Below, piece after piece: positions 59,637-64,000 of a stretch of DNA of 64,000 nucleotides. Origin of the DNA: an uncultured Chromatiaceae bacterium. Lineage in GTDB: Bacteria > Pseudomonadota > Gammaproteobacteria > Chromatiales > Chromatiaceae. Made by a program: the position numbers and the translations under genes. Within the stretch, counting starts at the first letter, position 1. Each line of letters starts with the position of its first letter. The stretch covers positions 11,782 through 75,781 of the forward strand of contig CAYNBI010000003.1 in NCBI GenBank assembly GCA_964395315.1. The letters run 5' to 3'. Under the pieces are notes generated by a model, which was not told the DNA's origin, did no database searches, and saw only the letters and a list, made by a program, of their open reading frames with translations.

Positions 59637-60735
59637 TCACAAGCCGCCCTTCAGGCTGGCCTCGATGAAGGGGTCCAGATTGCCGTCCAGGACCGACTGG
59701 GTGTTTCCGATCTCGACGTTGGTGCGCAGGTCCTTGATGCGCGACTGATCGAGCACGTAGGAGCGAATCTGGCTGCCCCAGCCGATATCGGACTTGGTGT
59801 CCTCCAGGGCCTGCTGGTCCTCGCGCCGCTTCTGCATCTCCAGCTCGTAGAGCTTGGCCTTGAGCTGCTTCATGGCCTGGTCCTTGTTCTTGTGCTGGGA
59901 GCGGTCGTTCTGGCACTGGGTCACGATATTGGTGGGCAAGTGGGTGATGCGAACCGCGGACTCGGTGCGGTTCACATGCTGGCCACCCGCGCCGCTGGCA
60001 CGGTAGACATCGATCCGCAGGTCCGCCGGATTGATCTCGATCTGCACCGAGTCGTCCACCTCCGGCGAGACGAACACCGCAGCGAAGGAGGTGTGGCGCC
60101 GGTTGCCGGAATCGAACGGGGACTTGCGCACCAGGCGGTGCACGCCGGTCTCGGTGCGCAGCCAGCCAAAGGCATACTGCCCCTGGAAGCTGATGGTGGC
60201 TGACTTGATCCCCGCCACTTCACCGGGCGAGACCTCCATCAGCTCGGTCTTGAAGCCGTGGCGCTCGCCCCACCGCAGATACATGCGCAGCAGCATCTCC
60301 GCCCAGTCCTGAGCCTCAGTGCCCCCTGAGCCGGCCTGGATGTCGAGGAAGGCGTTCTTGTCGTCCATCTCACCGGAGAACATGCGGCGAAACTCCAGAT
60401 CCGCCACCCTTTTTTCGTAACCGGCCAGGTCCGCAATCACCGCATCTACCGTGCCCGCGTCGCCCTCTTCCACCGCCATGGCCAACAGGTCCGCGGCGTC
60501 CGCGAGACCCGATTCCAGGACATCAATGGTCTCGACGACCACCTCCAGGGCAGCGCGCTCGCGTCCAAGGGACTGCGCCCGCTCCGGGTCGCTCCAGACA
60601 TCGGGCTCTTCGAGCTCGCGCAGGACCTCGGTCAGGCGCTCCTTCTTCTCCGGGTAGTCAAAGATACCCCCTAAGGGACTGTGTGCGTCCCTTGAGGTCG
60701 TTGATCTGTGAAACGATCGGGTTGATGTCCTGCAT
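59637..60735 (-). CDS. prfB: Peptide chain release factor 2, requiring a programmed +1 frameshift
   Basis: Frame 0 gives [25 protein letters not shown] followed by TGA (60735-60661). The +1 frame continues DYPEKKERL...SPF...GGQHVN (60659-59637). The join is complement(59637..60659,60661..60735), giving 365 aa. Confidence 0.93.
60657..60672 (-). other. RF2 autoregulatory frameshift site
   Basis: The minus strand reads AGGGGG TAT CTT TGA C, an SD-like element plus the CUU UGA C slippery/stop context. Confidence 0.9.
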
Positions 60736-60882
60736 GGACGCCTCGGCATCTGAAAAGCTGATCATGTTAGCGCAAACCATTGTTCGGGAGAAAGAAAGAT
60801 CCGGCGCGGTGCCCGGGAACATGAGCGTACGAGCGTCGTCTATACTGATGTCACTCCAAATCGATACGCTCCGACCCCCATC

Positions 60883-61620
60883 ATGGCCCGCCTTCCCCGA
60901 TTCGTTCTGCCCGGCTACCCGCAACACGTGATCCAGCGGGGCAACAACCGACAGCGCATCCTGTTCGACGAGGCCGACTACTGGTTCCTCTGGGAGAAAC
61001 TGAAGGCCGCGGCGGAGAAATTCGGTTGCGACATTCACGCCTACGTACTCATGCCGAACCACTTCCACCTGCTGCTCACCCCCTGGCAGGAAGACGGCAT
61101 CGGCAAGCTGATGCAGTACGCAGGGCGCTACTACGTACAGTACTTCAACCGTCGCTACGACCGCACAGGGACGCTGTGGGAAGGACGCTACCGCGCCACC
61201 CTGCTCGACCCCAAGGCCTACTTGCTCGATTGCAGCCGCTACGTCGAGCTCAACCCGGTACGGGCCGGACTCGTCTCTTCGCCGGCGGATTACGACTGGT
61301 CCAGCTACGGCGCGAACGCCCACGGCCGGGACGACGGGCTTATCACCCCCCATCCGCAGTACCGCAAGCTCGGACGGTCGCGCAAGGCACGCCAGGATGG
61401 GTACCGCGGCTTATTCGACGCACCCTTGGACGACGCGCTGCTGACCAAGATCCGCGAGTCCACCAACAAGGCGTGGGTGCTCGGGGACGAGAGCTTCTGC
61501 CATGCCATCGAGCAAAAGCTCAACCGGCGCGCCACGCCACGGCCCAGGGGCGGAGACCGGCGGTCGGCAGCCTACCGCAAAGCGGCAGCGGCAGCGGCAG
61601 CCGCCAGCCGCAAGCAATGA
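60883..61620 (+). CDS. REP-associated tyrosine transposase (RAYT; IS200/IS605-type Y1 HUH transposase)
   Basis: VIQRGNNRQRIF, the HUH motif MPNHFHLLL, and the catalytic Tyr region YVELNPVRAGL. Confidence 0.85.
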   Translation: MARLPRFVLPGYPQHVIQRGNNRQRILFDEADYWFLWEKLKAAAEKFGCDIHAYVLMPNHFHLLLTPWQEDGIGKLMQYAGRYYVQYFNRRYDRTGTLWEGRYRATLLDPKAYLLDCSRYVELNPVRAGLVSSPADYDWSSYGANAHGRDDGLITPHPQYRKLGRSRKARQDGYRGLFDAPLDDALLTKIRESTNKAWVLGDESFCHAIEQKLNRRATPRPRGGDRRSAAYRKAAAAAAAASRKQ

Positions 61621-62000
61621 GGGGCCCGGGTGCGCTCATCTGCCATCCGCCGGAGGAAGAGGAATACAACACACCCGAACGCTGCCGGATCCTGGAGAGC
61701 TGGAATCGAGAGGACGATCCTGCCGTATCGATCGCCCGCGCCCGGGTCGCTCCCGGCATTACGACCCGCCTGCATCGGCTGGCGGGTATCACCGAGCGTT
61801 ATTTCATCCTGGCCGGTGAGGGATTGGTCGAGGTGTCGGACCACACCCCCCAGCCCGTGAGGGCCGGGGATGTGGTCTATATCCCAGCCGGTTGTCCGCA
61901 GCGCATCCGCAACACGGGCCAGGACGATCTGGTCTTCCTCGCCGTGTGCGCCCCGCGCTTCGTCTCAAGCGCGTACGAGGACATCGACCCCGATCGCTGA
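61617..62000 (+). CDS. Cupin-domain protein (127 aa)
   Basis: The ATG at 61617 overlaps the RAYT stop as ATGA. RLHRLAGITERYFILAGEG...GDVVYIPAGCPQRIRNTG is cupin_2-like. Confidence 0.7.
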   Translation: MRGPGALICHPPEEEEYNTPERCRILESWNREDDPAVSIARARVAPGITTRLHRLAGITERYFILAGEGLVEVSDHTPQPVRAGDVVYIPAGCPQRIRNTGQDDLVFLAVCAPRFVSSAYEDIDPDR

Positions 62001-62036
62001 GACGCTGATCGTTGGCCATCCTGGCCAAAACCAGCA
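61999..62036 (+). repeat. REP-like palindromic repeat, copy 2
   Basis: gagacgctgatcgTTGGCCATCCTGGCCAaaaccagca starts within the cupin stop codon. Confidence 0.7.
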
Positions 62037-62050
62037 GATGTGTGCGCCGC

Positions 62051-62066
62051 TGGCCTTCCCTGGCCC
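62051..62066 (+). repeat. Degenerate second palindrome next to copy 2
   Basis: TGGCCTTCCCTGGCCC compared with the core TGGCCATCCTGGCCA. Confidence 0.3.
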
Positions 62067-62078
62067 GAAACCCGGCTC

Positions 62079-64000
62079 CTATTGGGCATCCAGCAACACC
62101 GCGTGCGCCGCCGCCAACCGTGCGACGGGAACTCGCGGCGCCGAGCAGCTCACATAGTCCAGGCCCGCCCTGTGGCAGAAGGCAATGGACTCCGGGTGCC
62201 CCCCGTGCTCGCCGCAGATGCCGACATGCAGTTCGGGACGCACCTGCTTTCCCCAATCCACCGCCAGCTGCATGAGCTTTCCCACGCCCTTCACGTCTAG
62301 CACCTCGAACGGGTTGTCCTGGAGAATGCCCGATTGATTGTAGAGCGGCAGGAACTTGTTCTCCGCGTCCTCCCGGGAGAAGGAGAAGGCGGCTTGGGTG
62401 AGGTCGTTGGTGCCGAAGGAGAAGAACTCGGCCATTTCCGCCAGGGACTCGGCGCGCATGCAGGCGCGCACCACCTCGATCATGGTGCCGAACTTGAAGC
62501 TGACCGGGTGCCCGTAGCGCTGCGTGACCTCCTCGTGGATGGCGTCCACGTAGGACTTCACCTTGATCAGCTCCTGCTTGGTGCACACCTGCGGCACCTT
62601 GATCTGGGGATGGACCTCGATGCCCATCTTGGCGCAGTCCGCCGCCGCCTCCAGGATGGCGCGGATCTGCATCTGGTAGATCTCCGGAAAGGAGATGCCC
62701 AGGCGGACGCCGCGATGACCCAGCATCGGGTTAGTCTCGTGCAGGGCGCGCACCTTGCGCAGCATGGTCTCCTTCTTGGCGATAGCGTCTTCCACCAGGG
62801 CCGGATCGACCAGCTTGCGCATGGAGTCGATGTCGTGACGGACCGTGTCGTTCGCGTGCAGCAGGCCGAGGGTGCCGGCGAGGACGGCCATGCCGCGGGT
62901 AGTCTCGCCGAGGCGGTGCAGCTCCGCGAGCTCGCGCGCGAGCTGGTGTTCATCCGGCAGGAACTCGTGGATCGGAGGATCGAGCAGGCGGATGGTCACC
63001 GGATTGGGAGACATGACCTCGAACAGCTCACGAAAATCCTTGCGCTGCAGCGGCAGCAGCCTGTCCAGGGCCGCCTGGCGCTGCTCGGGGGTCTCGGCGA
63101 CGATCATCTCGATGACGATGGGCAGGCGCTCGACATCGTTGAACATGCGCTCTGTGCGCGCCAGACCGATTCCGACCGCGCCGTACTTGATGGCACGGCG
63201 GGCGTCGTCGGGGGTGTCTGCGTTGGCCATTACCTTGAGCCTGGCGACCTGATCCGCCCAATCCAGCAGCGTGTTGAGCTCGGAGGAGAAGTCCGGCTCG
63301 ACGGTCGGGATCTCGCCCAGGTAGACCTTGCCGGTGGTGCCATCGATGGTGATGACGTCTCCCTCGCGAAAGCTGGTCTCGCCCACATAGGCCTCGCGCC
63401 GGGCGACATCGACGCTGATGCCCTCAGCCCCCGCGACACAAGGCTTCCCCATGCCGCGCGCGACCACCGCGGCGTGGGAGGTCTTACCCCCGCGCGAGGT
63501 GAGGATGCCCTGGGATGCGAAGAAGCCGTGGATGTCCTCGGGTTTGGTCTCCTCGCGCACCAGGATGACCTTCTGACCCAGGTCCTTACCCATCTGCTCG
63601 GCCCGGTCCGCATCGAATACGGCCGTGCCCGAGGCCGCTCCCGGAGAGGCCGGCAAGCCCTGCGCCACGGACTCGGCACGATGGGACGGATCCAGGCGGG
63701 GGAACAGCATCTGCTCGAGCAGATCCGGCTTGATGCGCAGCAGTGCCTCCTCCTTGCTGATGAGGTTTTCGCGCACCATTTCCACCGAGGTCCGCACCAT
63801 GGCCTGGGCGTTCATCTTGCCGTTGCGGGTCTGCAGACAATAGAGCTGGCCGCGCTCGATGGTGAACTCGAAATCCTGGATCTCCCGGTAGTGGGTCTCA
63901 AGCTTGTTGCGCAGCTCTTCGAGCTCTTTGGCCATCTGCGGCATCTCGGTGGCCAGGCGGTCGATCGGCTTGGGCGTGCGGATGCCAGCGACCACGTCTT
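62079..64000 (-). CDS. ppdK: Pyruvate, phosphate dikinase, N-terminus beyond the window
   Basis: GGKTSHAAVVARGMGKPCV contains the phospho-His. The PEP-utilizer C-terminus is FFSFGTNDLTQ...CGEHGG. The frame stays open to the window edge. Confidence 0.93.
   Translation of the reverse strand, partial: DVVAGIRTPKPIDRLATEMPQMAKELEELRNKLETHYREIQDFEFTIERGQLYCLQTRNGKMNAQAMVRTSVEMVRENLISKEEALLRIKPDLLEQMLFPRLDPSHRAESVAQGLPASPGAASGTAVFDADRAEQMGKDLGQKVILVREETKPEDIHGFFASQGILTSRGGKTSHAAVVARGMGKPCVAGAEGISVDVARREAYVGETSFREGDVITIDGTTGKVYLGEIPTVEPDFSSELNTLLDWADQVARLKVMANADTPDDARRAIKYGAVGIGLARTERMFNDVERLPIVIEMIVAETPEQRQAALDRLLPLQRKDFRELFEVMSPNPVTIRLLDPPIHEFLPDEHQLARELAELHRLGETTRGMAVLAGTLGLLHANDTVRHDIDSMRKLVDPALVEDAIAKKETMLRKVRALHETNPMLGHRGVRLGISFPEIYQMQIRAILEAAADCAKMGIEVHPQIKVPQVCTKQELIKVKSYVDAIHEEVTQRYGHPVSFKFGTMIEVVRACMRAESLAEMAEFFSFGTNDLTQAAFSFSREDAENKFLPLYNQSGILQDNPFEVLDVKGVGKLMQLAVDWGKQVRPELHVGICGEHGGHPESIAFCHRAGLDYVSCSAPRVPVARLAAAHAVLLDAQ

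Noticed and set aside
60658-61353. A 231-aa minus-strand ORF overlapping the RAYT gene.
   Set aside because: Only its last 25 codons are real, as the prfB frame-0 segment. The rest is antisense to the RAYT, which has clear HUH and Tyr motifs.

Overview
About 65% GC chromosomal segment that looks gammaproteobacterial, judged from synteny such as prfB-lysS, dksA-gluQ, sdhCDAB and pqiABC. sat, a cbbY-like gene and an NAD-type formate dehydrogenase suggest a sulfur-oxidising autotroph; this is inference only. I support about 50 protein genes, mostly core metabolism and housekeeping: sdhCDAB, fused fdsGB plus fdsA, queD, amtB, pqiABC, cca, mmsAB, dksA, gluQ, parC, metY, sat, lysS, prfB with its +1 frameshift, and ppdK. 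I saw no rRNA, tRNA or CRISPR by eye. Many ORF-track entries are N-terminally over-extended or are mirror-frame artefacts of the high GC content. Two candidates stand out. The first is a membrane dCache sensor whose only cytoplasmic output is a Schlafen/AlbA_2 domain (23575-25182). The second is a Rad50/SbcC-like ABC ATPase whose coiled coil is interrupted by a transmembrane hairpin; it is translationally coupled to a tiny upstream ORF and lies downstream of an RNB exoribonuclease (52735-56742). Lesser points are a RAYT transposase coupled to a cupin gene, with a REP-like palindrome family that recurs 33 kb away, a 745-bp non-coding tract upstream of sdhC, small ORFs below the track's length cutoff, and sigma54/NtrC sites at amtB. 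All domain calls come from reading motifs; no searches were run.
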